Assembly (NCBI GenBank): GCA_050952725.1
Contig: JBMNLN010000001.1
Location: forward strand, 482,487-546,486
DNA length: 64,000 bases
Source of the DNA: Bacilli bacterium
Lineage (GTDB): Bacteria; Bacillota_I; Bacilli_A; RFN20; CAG-826
Direction: 5' to 3'
Below the pieces are notes generated by a model. That model did no database searches, was not told the DNA's origin, and saw only the letters and a program-made list of their open reading frames with translations. A program made the position numbers and the translations under genes. This document shows positions 37,310 through 46,101 of the stretch, piece after piece. Numbering within the stretch: position 1 is the stretch's first letter; every line of letters starts with the position of its first letter.

Positions 37310-39601
37310 ATGAACAAAAAGTTATTTCGCGGAGTCTTTCTGGTTTCACTTCTATTTTCTTTTGTGACGGGCTGTGATAATAAACCAGGCGGTTCGTCAC
37401 CCTCTTCTTCCGAACAACCAAATGATGGAAGACTTACCTCTGATTGGGAAACAATTCCTGAGAACACCAATGAGAATTTCAAATATTTTGGTTTTTATCA
37501 CCCCGATGGTTTTGTGAGTGAGCCCGCGATGTTTGAAGAAATTGATCAGCTTGGGATGTGCAATTTCTATTTGATCGGTCCTGCTAGTACAGAAATCTTG
37601 CTCGAAAGATTAGCTTTTATCAAGTCCAAAGGCGCGCAATGTACTGTTGGGGTTCCAGGCAGTATATATCATGTTGATAAATCTCAGCCATATGGTATGG
37701 GGTATGTCCACCTTTTAAGAGATAATTGGCAAACCTTGCTTGATACTTTTACTTCAAGTATTAGCGATTACATCGAAGATGGGACGATTTATGCTTTTTA
37801 TTCCGATGAGCCCGCTTGGAATGGGATTAGAGAAGCCGAATTTACCACGGTCTTTAATTATTTGGCGGAGAAATTTCCAAATACTGGCCGTATGGCGTGT
37901 TTTGCTACCTGTGAAGTCGGGATTAGTCAAAGTGATAAATTAGAAGAACTGCCTTCCTCTTATTTCGATTGTCTAACTGATGTTTCCTACGATTGTTATG
38001 CCAATTGGAATGATGGCATTAGACTCGGATACTTAGATAAATTAAAGACAAAATTAACCAAAAACCAATGGATTTGGGCGACTCCAAGAACCTTTGAAGA
38101 TAACCCTGAACGAATTTCGTCGATTATCGATTCGCTCAAAGGTTTCTATACCGAGGCCATTCAAGATAGACAATATCGGGGGATGTCATGCTTCTCCTGG
38201 TCCAATGGTTTTGATGGTGACTGGGGTTATGGGGCCAAAGCTTTTGTCCTTGAAGACAGTGAATATTATAGTCGTGAAGTGCATACGGTGATGTCGGATG
38301 TTGCTAGATCAATCATCGGTGAACCTCTTATTGATTGGAGCCAAATTCCTGTTTTATCACTCGTTCCGCCCCGAGAAGTCTATATCATCGGCGAAGAAAT
38401 TCCCTTCCCGACCTGTGGAGCAGTAGATGGTGAAGGTAATGATTTGGAAATCGAATTAGTGGTTACGTCGCCAAGTGGTCAAGCTGTCGATATCACGGCA
38501 GGTCATATCCTTGCCGAAGAATCCGGTCATTATCAATTTACCGTCTCGGCCGGACAAGGAGATCATCGCAAAACGAGAACATGTGCTGTTTCCGTTAGAT
38601 ATGATAAGGAAATATCAGTTTTTGATAATGAATCTTATCTCGGCGATGCTGGCGGTAATTTCGATTCATTTTGGTGCTGGCCGCGACAAGTGGTCACTGA
38701 TTTTGCCCGTACTGGCACGGGCTGTTTAAAAGTTACTCCGCACGCCACCGATGGCACTTGGCCAACTATTTTGTTCAATCGGGATGGTAATAGTCTTTGG
38801 GATCTCTCCGAAGTGGACAAAGTTTCGATTTGGATTTACAACCCGAGCGATGAGCCGCTCAAGGATTTTGGTTTTATTTTTACAAATGAATATCATGATC
38901 GAGACGCCAATGTCTTCGCGATTAAAAATGTCCCGTCCAAAGAATGGACCAATATCGTCGGTGAAGTTTCGGCCATCGCTGCTAATCCCCAAAACGATAT
39001 TACTAAGACGTCAATTCTTTTCGGTAACTGCGCGAGTGATTATAAAAATCGCACGGTCTTCTACCTTGATGATGTGATGATGATTAGCAAAGAAGCGGGA
39101 GGCGGCGGGGAAACGCCACCAACTAGTCCATATACCCATGGTTTTGATAGTGCCGAGGATGTCGCTTCACTTCCAACTCCTACCGCAGCGGATGCTTGGT
39201 GTTGGCCACGGGCCTTCTCCACTGAAAATGCTCATGATGGGGCGGGTTCCCTTAAAGTCACTCCTCATCCCACTGATGGAACATGGGCAGTCGTTGATTT
39301 TGGACACTACGATCTCTCACAGGCCGAAAAAGTCGAACTTTGGCTCTACGCGGATAGTGAGACCGATTTAAATAATATCGGTTTAATGTTTGCGAAAGAA
39401 GATAATATGCCAGCATCCTATACTTACCATAAAACTATCACCCCGAAGCAATGGGTGTTATACGAGGTCGCCGTTTCGACGTTTGCAAGTTATATTGAAG
39501 ATTTATCAGACGTCAGAATCTTTATCGGCAACGTTGGCGGCACTTATCCAAACCGCTGTCCAATTTTCATGGATAGTTTCAATATCGTTGTCACCGAATA
39601 A
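37310..39601 (+). CDS. Lipoprotein: putative glycoside-hydrolase-like barrel, Ig-like domain and 2 CBM-like WCWPR modules
   Basis: Lipobox VTGC; FYSDEPAW and DVSYDCY motifs; Ig-like AVDG...SG.YQFTV; C-terminal galactose-binding-like modules (GSLKVT...LWLY...FMDSF). Confidence 0.7.
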   Translation: MNKKLFRGVFLVSLLFSFVTGCDNKPGGSSPSSSEQPNDGRLTSDWETIPENTNENFKYFGFYHPDGFVSEPAMFEEIDQLGMCNFYLIGPASTEILLERLAFIKSKGAQCTVGVPGSIYHVDKSQPYGMGYVHLLRDNWQTLLDTFTSSISDYIEDGTIYAFYSDEPAWNGIREAEFTTVFNYLAEKFPNTGRMACFATCEVGISQSDKLEELPSSYFDCLTDVSYDCYANWNDGIRLGYLDKLKTKLTKNQWIWATPRTFEDNPERISSIIDSLKGFYTEAIQDRQYRGMSCFSWSNGFDGDWGYGAKAFVLEDSEYYSREVHTVMSDVARSIIGEPLIDWSQIPVLSLVPPREVYIIGEEIPFPTCGAVDGEGNDLEIELVVTSPSGQAVDITAGHILAEESGHYQFTVSAGQGDHRKTRTCAVSVRYDKEISVFDNESYLGDAGGNFDSFWCWPRQVVTDFARTGTGCLKVTPHATDGTWPTILFNRDGNSLWDLSEVDKVSIWIYNPSDEPLKDFGFIFTNEYHDRDANVFAIKNVPSKEWTNIVGEVSAIAANPQNDITKTSILFGNCASDYKNRTVFYLDDVMMISKEAGGGGETPPTSPYTHGFDSAEDVASLPTPTAADAWCWPRAFSTENAHDGAGSLKVTPHPTDGTWAVVDFGHYDLSQAEKVELWLYADSETDLNNIGLMFAKEDNMPASYTYHKTITPKQWVLYEVAVSTFASYIEDLSDVRIFIGNVGGTYPNRCPIFMDSFNIVVTE

Positions 39602-39661
39602 TCAAAAATTACAAGCCGTAGCCATATATTTTAATTATTAAATGGGAGGAAGGAAAAAATA

Positions 39662-42586
39662 ATGAAGAATAAAAAACTATTAATTTCCGTTATTATGACC
39701 ATTGTTTTGTGTGCTACGGCTTGTAATCAGACACCTTCTTTGGATTCCTTAGGGCCTAATCTCTCGGAAACGACTTCTTTCGACTCCTCAGAGCCTAGTT
39801 CATCGGGAACAACTTTGTCAGAATCTTCCGAGTCAAGTTCGTCGGAAACGACTTCGTTTAACTCCTCAGAGTCCAGCTCATCGGGAATAACTTCATCAGA
39901 ATCTTCTGAGCCAGATTCCTCAGAGCCCTATGAACCACCCTCTGGCGAAAGAATCTCCTCTAACTGGGAAAACATTCCTAAAAACTACAATAAGAACTTT
40001 AAATATTTTGGTTTCTATCACCCTGATGGCTTTGTCAATGAACCATCAATGCTCGAAGAAATCGACAGTTTAGAGATGTGCAATTTCTATTTACTCGGCG
40101 TTGGTACTCCCACGGTGTTACGCGAGAAATTAGCTTTTGTAAAATCAAAAGGTGCGAAATGTTCAGTTGGGGTTCCCAGTGGTATTTATTACCTCGATTA
40201 CTCTCAGAAATATGGAATGGGCTATGTTCACCTTTTAAGAAATAATTGGCAGGCTCTCCTTAATGATTTCACCTCGAGCATTAGCGATTATATTAACGAT
40301 GGGACCATCTATGCTTTTTACATCGATGAACCAGCGTGGAACGGGATTAGGGAAGCAGAATTTTCTACTGTCTTTAATTATTTAGCGGGACGCTTCCCCA
40401 ATACCGGCCGTATGGCGTGTTTTGCCACTCCGGAAGTCGGCATTCACCAAAGTGACAAATTAGCCGAACTCCCTTCTTCCTATTTTGATTGTTTAACCGA
40501 CGTTTCCTACGATTGTTACGCAGATTGGAATGATGAAGCAAGACTGGGCTACTTAAACAAATTAAAATCGAAATTAACCAAAAACCAATGGATTTGGGCA
40601 ACGCCTCGGACCTTTGAAAAAAATCCCTCTAGGATTTCAACAATTATCAATTCCCTCAAAGGTTTTTATACCGAAGCGATTCAAGATAAACAATACCGAG
40701 GAATGTCATGTTTCTCCTGGTCCAATGGTTTTGATGGTGATTGGGACTATGGCGCTAAAGCCTTTGTGCTTGAAGATAGCGAACATTATAGCCGAGAAGT
40801 GCATGCGCTGATGTCCGATGTTGCGCGCTCAATCATCAGAAAACCTCTTATTGATTGGAGCCAAATTCCCGTTTTATCACTCGTGCCACCGCGGGAGGTT
40901 TATACATTAGGAGAGAAAATCCCCTTTCCAAAATGCGGGGCAGTGGATGGCAAAGGCAACGATTTAGAAATCCAATTATCGGTTAAATCTCCAAGTGGTA
41001 ATGCTGTTGATATTTCAAATGGATATATTCTTGCGGAAGAAATGGGTCATTATCAATTCACTGTCTCGGTCGAACAGAAGGAGCATCATCGAACTAAAAC
41101 CTGTGCCGTTTCCGTAAGATATGATAAAGAAATATCTATTTTCGATAACAGTTCTTATGTTGCTGATGCCGGTGGGGATTCCTCTTCGCTCTGGTGTTGG
41201 CCGCGTCAAGTAGTTACCAATTTTGCTCACACGGGGACGGGATGTCTAAAAGTCACTCCCCATCCTAATGATGGCACTTGGCCAACGATTAAGTTTAACC
41301 ACGATGGTCATGACCTTTGGGATCTTTCCCAGGTGCAAAAAGTTTCACTTTGGATTTATAATCCGAGCGATGAACCGATTAGGGATTTCGGTCTTATCTT
41401 TACCAACGAATACCTGGAGAAAGAGGCCAATGTTTACGCGCTTAAAGACATTCCTTCAAGACAATGGACAAATATCGTCGGTGAAGTCACATCCATTGCC
41501 ACTAATCCCAAGATTAATATTACCAAGACGGCGATTCTCTTTGGCAACTGCGCGAGTGATTATAAAAATCGCACGGTCTTCTATCTTGATGACGTAATGA
41601 TGATCAATGATGGGGAAACACCAACTAGCCCATATACTCATGGTTTTGACACCCCCGCTGATGTTATTTCGCTTCCAACCCCAACCGATGCGGACGCCTG
41701 GTGTTGGCCCCGAGCCTTTTCCATGGAAAAAGTTCATGATGGTTTAGGTTCACTTAAAGTCACTCCCCATCCTACTGACGGGACATGGGCAGTTGTTGAT
41801 TTTGGGCGATACAATCTTTCTCAGGCCGAAAAAGTGGAACTATGGCTTTATGCGGATGGTGAGGCTGATTTAAATCACATCGGTTTAATGTTTGCTAAAG
41901 AAAGCACCCCTGATTATACTTACTACACTGTTTTAACTGCTAAAACTTGGGTGAAATATGAAGTCTCCGTTTCAACTATTCAAGAAAAGATTAGTGATCT
42001 AACCAATGTGAGAATTTTTATCGGTAATGTGGCAGGTACTTACACCAATCGCTGCCCAATTTTCATGGATAGTTTCAATATTGTTGCTAAAGAAGGGCCT
42101 GAAACGCCCCCGGTAATTAATTGTACCCATCCCTTTGATACCGCAGAAGATGTCGCTTCCTTACCAACACCCACCGCTGATGATGCCTGGTGTTGGCCAC
42201 GAGCCTTCTCCACCGAGAGATCTCATGATGGTCCTGGTTCGCTCAAAGTTACCCCACATCCGACCGATGGGACATGGGCCACTGTTAATTTTGGTAAATA
42301 CAATTTAATTGGTGTGTCAAAGGTTCGCCTTTGGATTTATGCCGATAGCGATACGAATTTAGATTTGATGGGCTTAATGTTTGCCAAAGGGGATAATATG
42401 CCGGCAGCTTACACTTACTATACGAGCATTGCCCCCAGGCAATGGGTGTTATACGAGGTTGAAACTTCGACACTTGCTAATTATATTGACGATTTATCAA
42501 GCGTAAAAATCTATATTGGTAATGTTGGTGGTACTTATCCGAATCGTTGTCCTATTTTCCTTGATAGTTTTGATTTAGTTAGTTAG
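39662..42586 (+). CDS. Paralogous lipoprotein: Ser-rich linker, GH-like barrel, Ig-like domain and 3 CBM-like WCWPR modules
   Basis: Lipobox ATAC; long stretches nearly identical to 37310..39601. Confidence 0.7.
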   Translation: MKNKKLLISVIMTIVLCATACNQTPSLDSLGPNLSETTSFDSSEPSSSGTTLSESSESSSSETTSFNSSESSSSGITSSESSEPDSSEPYEPPSGERISSNWENIPKNYNKNFKYFGFYHPDGFVNEPSMLEEIDSLEMCNFYLLGVGTPTVLREKLAFVKSKGAKCSVGVPSGIYYLDYSQKYGMGYVHLLRNNWQALLNDFTSSISDYINDGTIYAFYIDEPAWNGIREAEFSTVFNYLAGRFPNTGRMACFATPEVGIHQSDKLAELPSSYFDCLTDVSYDCYADWNDEARLGYLNKLKSKLTKNQWIWATPRTFEKNPSRISTIINSLKGFYTEAIQDKQYRGMSCFSWSNGFDGDWDYGAKAFVLEDSEHYSREVHALMSDVARSIIRKPLIDWSQIPVLSLVPPREVYTLGEKIPFPKCGAVDGKGNDLEIQLSVKSPSGNAVDISNGYILAEEMGHYQFTVSVEQKEHHRTKTCAVSVRYDKEISIFDNSSYVADAGGDSSSLWCWPRQVVTNFAHTGTGCLKVTPHPNDGTWPTIKFNHDGHDLWDLSQVQKVSLWIYNPSDEPIRDFGLIFTNEYLEKEANVYALKDIPSRQWTNIVGEVTSIATNPKINITKTAILFGNCASDYKNRTVFYLDDVMMINDGETPTSPYTHGFDTPADVISLPTPTDADAWCWPRAFSMEKVHDGLGSLKVTPHPTDGTWAVVDFGRYNLSQAEKVELWLYADGEADLNHIGLMFAKESTPDYTYYTVLTAKTWVKYEVSVSTIQEKISDLTNVRIFIGNVAGTYTNRCPIFMDSFNIVAKEGPETPPVINCTHPFDTAEDVASLPTPTADDAWCWPRAFSTERSHDGPGSLKVTPHPTDGTWATVNFGKYNLIGVSKVRLWIYADSDTNLDLMGLMFAKGDNMPAAYTYYTSIAPRQWVLYEVETSTLANYIDDLSSVKIYIGNVGGTYPNRCPIFLDSFDLVS
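39764..39919 (+). repeat. Tandem 78-bp in-frame repeat encoding a Ser/Glu/Thr-rich linker
   Basis: TCGGAAACGACTTC recurs at 39764 and 39842; peptide SETTSF.SSE.SSSG.T.SESSE twice. Confidence 0.8.
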
Positions 42587-42760
42587 GTTGTGCTTTTGTC
42601 GCCAATGTCGCTTATCAATCTTAAATGATAGCGATGCTGAGGGTGGTTAAGAGTTTTCTCTACCGAAAAGCTCATAATGAGGAGGTGGTGAATTGAGTTT
42701 AAAATCTAAAGAGTCGATTATTAAATTTAATTTTTCATTCAAAAAAAGGAGGTTTTGTAA

Positions 42761-43528
42761 ATGAATAAAAAAATTAAACGTTCTACGATAGCATTTGTAA
42801 GCATGGGTCTAATGTTTGCTGGGCTTTACGCGCTTTCGCCCAAAACTCTAATCCATGTCAGTGGTGACTGCACGCATGGCCACGACGGTAATCATTACAA
42901 CGCTCATGCTCCAACTACTACTACAGCCGGAAACAAAGAATTTTGGGTCTGCTGTAAATGTCATGAAAAATTCTTAACTCAACCCGCGGGTATTTTCGTT
43001 AATGTGGGATCAGCCCCTATTATAGGAGAAGGTCATTTGGCCTATATCCCCCGCGTGCTTGAATGCACCCATCCTTTTGACACCGCAGAAGATGTCGCAT
43101 CCCTACCAACGCCCACCGATGCGGATGCCTGGTGTTGGCCACGGGCCTTCTCTACCGAGAGATCTCATGATGGTCCTGGTTCGCTCAAAGTTACCCCACA
43201 TCCCACCGATGGGACATGGGCTGTAGTTAATTTTGGTAAATACAATTTAATTGGTGTGTCAAAGGTTCGCCTTTGGATTTATGCCGATAGCGATACGAAT
43301 TTAGATTTGATGGGCTTAACGTTTGCTAAAGGCGATACTCCTACCGCAGCGTATACTTACTATAAGAGTATTGCTCCGAGACAATGGGTGTTATACGAGG
43401 TTGCGACTTCAACGCTTACGAATTATATTGACGACTTATCAAGTGTCAGAATCTTTATCGGTAACGTTGGCGGTACTTATCCGAACCGTTGTCCTATCTT
43501 CTTTGATAGTTTTGATTTAGTTATTTAG
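42761..43528 (+). CDS. Secreted non-catalytic protein: His/Cys-rich module plus one WCWPR CBM-like module
   Basis: AGGAGG RBS; signal peptide; CTHGHDGNHY...WVCCKCH; the module is nearly identical to the last module of 39662..42586. Confidence 0.78.
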   Translation: MNKKIKRSTIAFVSMGLMFAGLYALSPKTLIHVSGDCTHGHDGNHYNAHAPTTTTAGNKEFWVCCKCHEKFLTQPAGIFVNVGSAPIIGEGHLAYIPRVLECTHPFDTAEDVASLPTPTDADAWCWPRAFSTERSHDGPGSLKVTPHPTDGTWAVVNFGKYNLIGVSKVRLWIYADSDTNLDLMGLTFAKGDTPTAAYTYYKSIAPRQWVLYEVATSTLTNYIDDLSSVRIFIGNVGGTYPNRCPIFFDSFDLVI

Positions 43529-43845
43529 GTTTTGCTTTTATTATTGCTAATGTCGCTTTCTTATCGGTGTTAAGTGATAGCGATGCTGAGGGGGGGAAGA
43601 GCTTTCTCTGCCAAAAAAACTCTTCATCAGGGGGACGTTTAAAATTACTCCCCCTGATAGTGTTTGACCAATTTTAGATTTTGGCAATTACTATTTAACC
43701 CGTTGGCTGTCAAATCAAACGCGCTGATATTCACCTTTATTTTAATAGAAGACCCATTATTTAAAGAGGGTGGTCAATTGGTTTTGATGCTAAAGAGTCA
43801 ACTACTGAATTTAATTTTTCGTTCAAGAAAAGGAGGTTTTAGCGG

Positions 43846-45086
43846 ATGAATAAAAAAACAAGCGTTTTTTCACATTATCATTTTTAGGAGTGGGATTGAT
43901 GCTAGTTGCGTTTTATAATACTTCGCCCGTTAGCATAATCCGTACTCATGGCAACTGCTCGCATGGTCACGATGGCAATCACTACACCGCTCGTGCTCCA
44001 ACAACTACTGCAGCTGGAAACAAAGAATTTTGGGTCTGCTGTAAGTGTCATGAAAAATTTTTAACCCAACCAACGGGTACCTTTGTTAATGTTGGCACGG
44101 CCCCTATATTAGGCATAGATCATTTAGCTTATGTCCCCCGTGTACTTGAATGCACCCATCCCTTTGATACCGCGGCGGATGTCGCTTCTTTACCAACGCC
44201 GACTGATTCGGATGCCTGGTGTTGGCCGCGAGCCTTCTCCACGGAGAAATCTCATGATGGTCCTGGTTCGCTCAAGGTTACTCCGCATCCCAGCGAGGGT
44301 ACTTGGGCCGTCGTTAATTTTGGCAAATATAATTTAACCAACAGTGTGGCCAAAGTGCGTCTTTGGATTTATGCCGATAGCACGATAAATTTAGAAAATA
44401 TGGGCTTAATGTTCGCTAAAGGCGATACTCCTGCCGCAGCGTATACTTACTATAAGAGTATTGCTCCGAGACAATGGGTGTTATACGAGGTTGCGACTTC
44501 AACGCTTACAAATTATATTGACGACTTATCAAATGTCAGAATCTTTATCGGCAACGTTGGCAGTACTTATACGAATCGTTGTCCCCTTTTCCTTGATAGT
44601 TTTGATTTAGTCACACTGACCCATGGTTTTGATTCCGCGGCGGATGTCGCTTCCTTACCAACGCCCACTGATGGTGATGCTTGGTGTTGGCCGCGAGCCT
44701 TCTCTACTGAAAAAGCTCATGATGGAGTAGGTTCATTGAAGATTACCCCCCATCCGACCGATGGGAATTGGGCAATTGTCGACTTCGGTAACTATAATTT
44801 GAATAACATCCATAAAATTGAACTGTGGCTCTATCTTGATGGAAGCCAGAATCTTGATTGCATGGGGTTAATGTTCGATCATAACGGTGGTAGCGCCGAT
44901 TATACCTATTACACCCTCTTAATTGCTAAGCAATGGGTGAAATATGAAGTTTTAACTTCGACCCTTGCTTCCTATATAAGCAATTTATCTAATGTTCGCA
45001 TCTATTTAGGTAATGTCGCAGGAAGTTATACTAATCGCGCCCCACTTTTCGTCGATAGTTTCAATCTTGTTCCTAATACAGGTTGA
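43846..45086 (+). CDS. Secreted non-catalytic protein: His/Cys-rich module plus two WCWPR modules; apparent 1-nt frameshift in an A-tract just after the start
   Basis: The AGGAGG RBS and ATG 43846 are out of frame with the long ORF (43890..45086). One extra A in the A7 run restores MNKKNKRFFTLSFLGVGLM, matching the paralogue. Confidence 0.72.
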
Positions 45087-45110
45087 TGACTGTTTATTAT
45101 TTAACTACTT

Positions 45111-45135
45111 TTGGGGCGAGCAAGTCTCGCCCCAA
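45111..45135 (+). promoter_or_regulatory. Intercistronic GC-rich stem-loop without U-tail (possible mRNA stabiliser)
   Basis: TTGGGGCGAG-CAAGT-CTCGCCCCAA. Confidence 0.55.
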
Positions 45136-45152
45136 TAATATTGGAGATACAT

Positions 45153-46097
45153 ATGATGAATAAAAATTTACAATTCGGTATTTTTCATACCGCTTATGAA
45201 AAAGCGGGAAATGCGTTTTTTGATTTTGTTGATTCTGATTATATCAATACTATTCATGTGGAAAGTGATTATGGCAGTGAAAAATTTGAAATCAGCATGA
45301 ATAAGATTAAATCGCAACAGCGCGTCCAAGCGTGGATTGCAGTGACCCCAATCGGTTTTGAAATAAAAAATGATGCGACTATGATCGATAATGGGGTTGA
45401 AACTTCGGTTTTTAATCCGAAGACTAAACTAAGAGAAGACTATAAAAGTCGCGTCAATCAATTAATTGCTTACCTAAAAGAAAAAGGTTATTACAGCCAT
45501 GTTTGCGGATTTTATATGGATGAACCCTTATTATGGAACATTACCAATGACATGTTAGAAGAGTATACAGGTTATTTTCGTACGGTAGCTGCTCCGGATA
45601 AGAGATTCTTTATTTGTTTTTCGGTCGCGGGGGTTTGTCCCGAAATTTGGACGATTAATGATATTCAACCGATTACCAAAAAATCCGTACAGTATTTAAC
45701 AGATATCGCTTTTGATATGTATCATCCTTGGAATGAAACATATGATCAATGTCTTAAGTCAATGCTTGATAAATCTGGGAATCGTGATGATTTACGGTTA
45801 TGGATGATTCCTTGTACGATGAACTATCGCGGAACCTATCAAGAAGATGATGCCATTGACCATTTAAATAAATGCTATGAGGTTCTTAAAAACTATCAGT
45901 GTTCGGGAGGATTGATGTGCTTTACTTATTACACTTTTGATCCAACCGAAGAAGCCTTAGGAAATATTGGTCTACAACATTTAAACAATCCCCACTTGAC
46001 CAATCAATGGCCATCTATTTCTTATTGGCCGCGCCTCATCAAACGCTTAAAAGAAATCGGTAAAGAAATTGTTGCTGCGCATCAACAAGAGGTATAA
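45153..46097 (+). CDS. Cytoplasmic stand-alone homologue of the GH-like barrel domain
   Basis: GGAG RBS; no signal peptide; FGIFH, FYMDEP, LTDIAFDMY, WMIP and GLMCF align with the lipoprotein domains. Confidence 0.7.
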   Translation: MMNKNLQFGIFHTAYEKAGNAFFDFVDSDYINTIHVESDYGSEKFEISMNKIKSQQRVQAWIAVTPIGFEIKNDATMIDNGVETSVFNPKTKLREDYKSRVNQLIAYLKEKGYYSHVCGFYMDEPLLWNITNDMLEEYTGYFRTVAAPDKRFFICFSVAGVCPEIWTINDIQPITKKSVQYLTDIAFDMYHPWNETYDQCLKSMLDKSGNRDDLRLWMIPCTMNYRGTYQEDDAIDHLNKCYEVLKNYQCSGGLMCFTYYTFDPTEEALGNIGLQHLNNPHLTNQWPSISYWPRLIKRLKEIGKEIVAAHQQEV

Positions 46098-46101
46098 ATT
46101 T

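Noticed and set aside
43664-43787. Possible MITE bounded by TTGACCA/TGGTCAA, with a 61-aa ORF
   Set aside because: The inverted repeat is only 7 bp, with no target-site duplication and no second copy in the window.
38600-45086. Long direct repeats as a possible CRISPR array or mobile element
   Set aside because: The repeats are ~450-bp in-frame protein modules; there is no short repeat-spacer periodicity and no cas or transposase gene.
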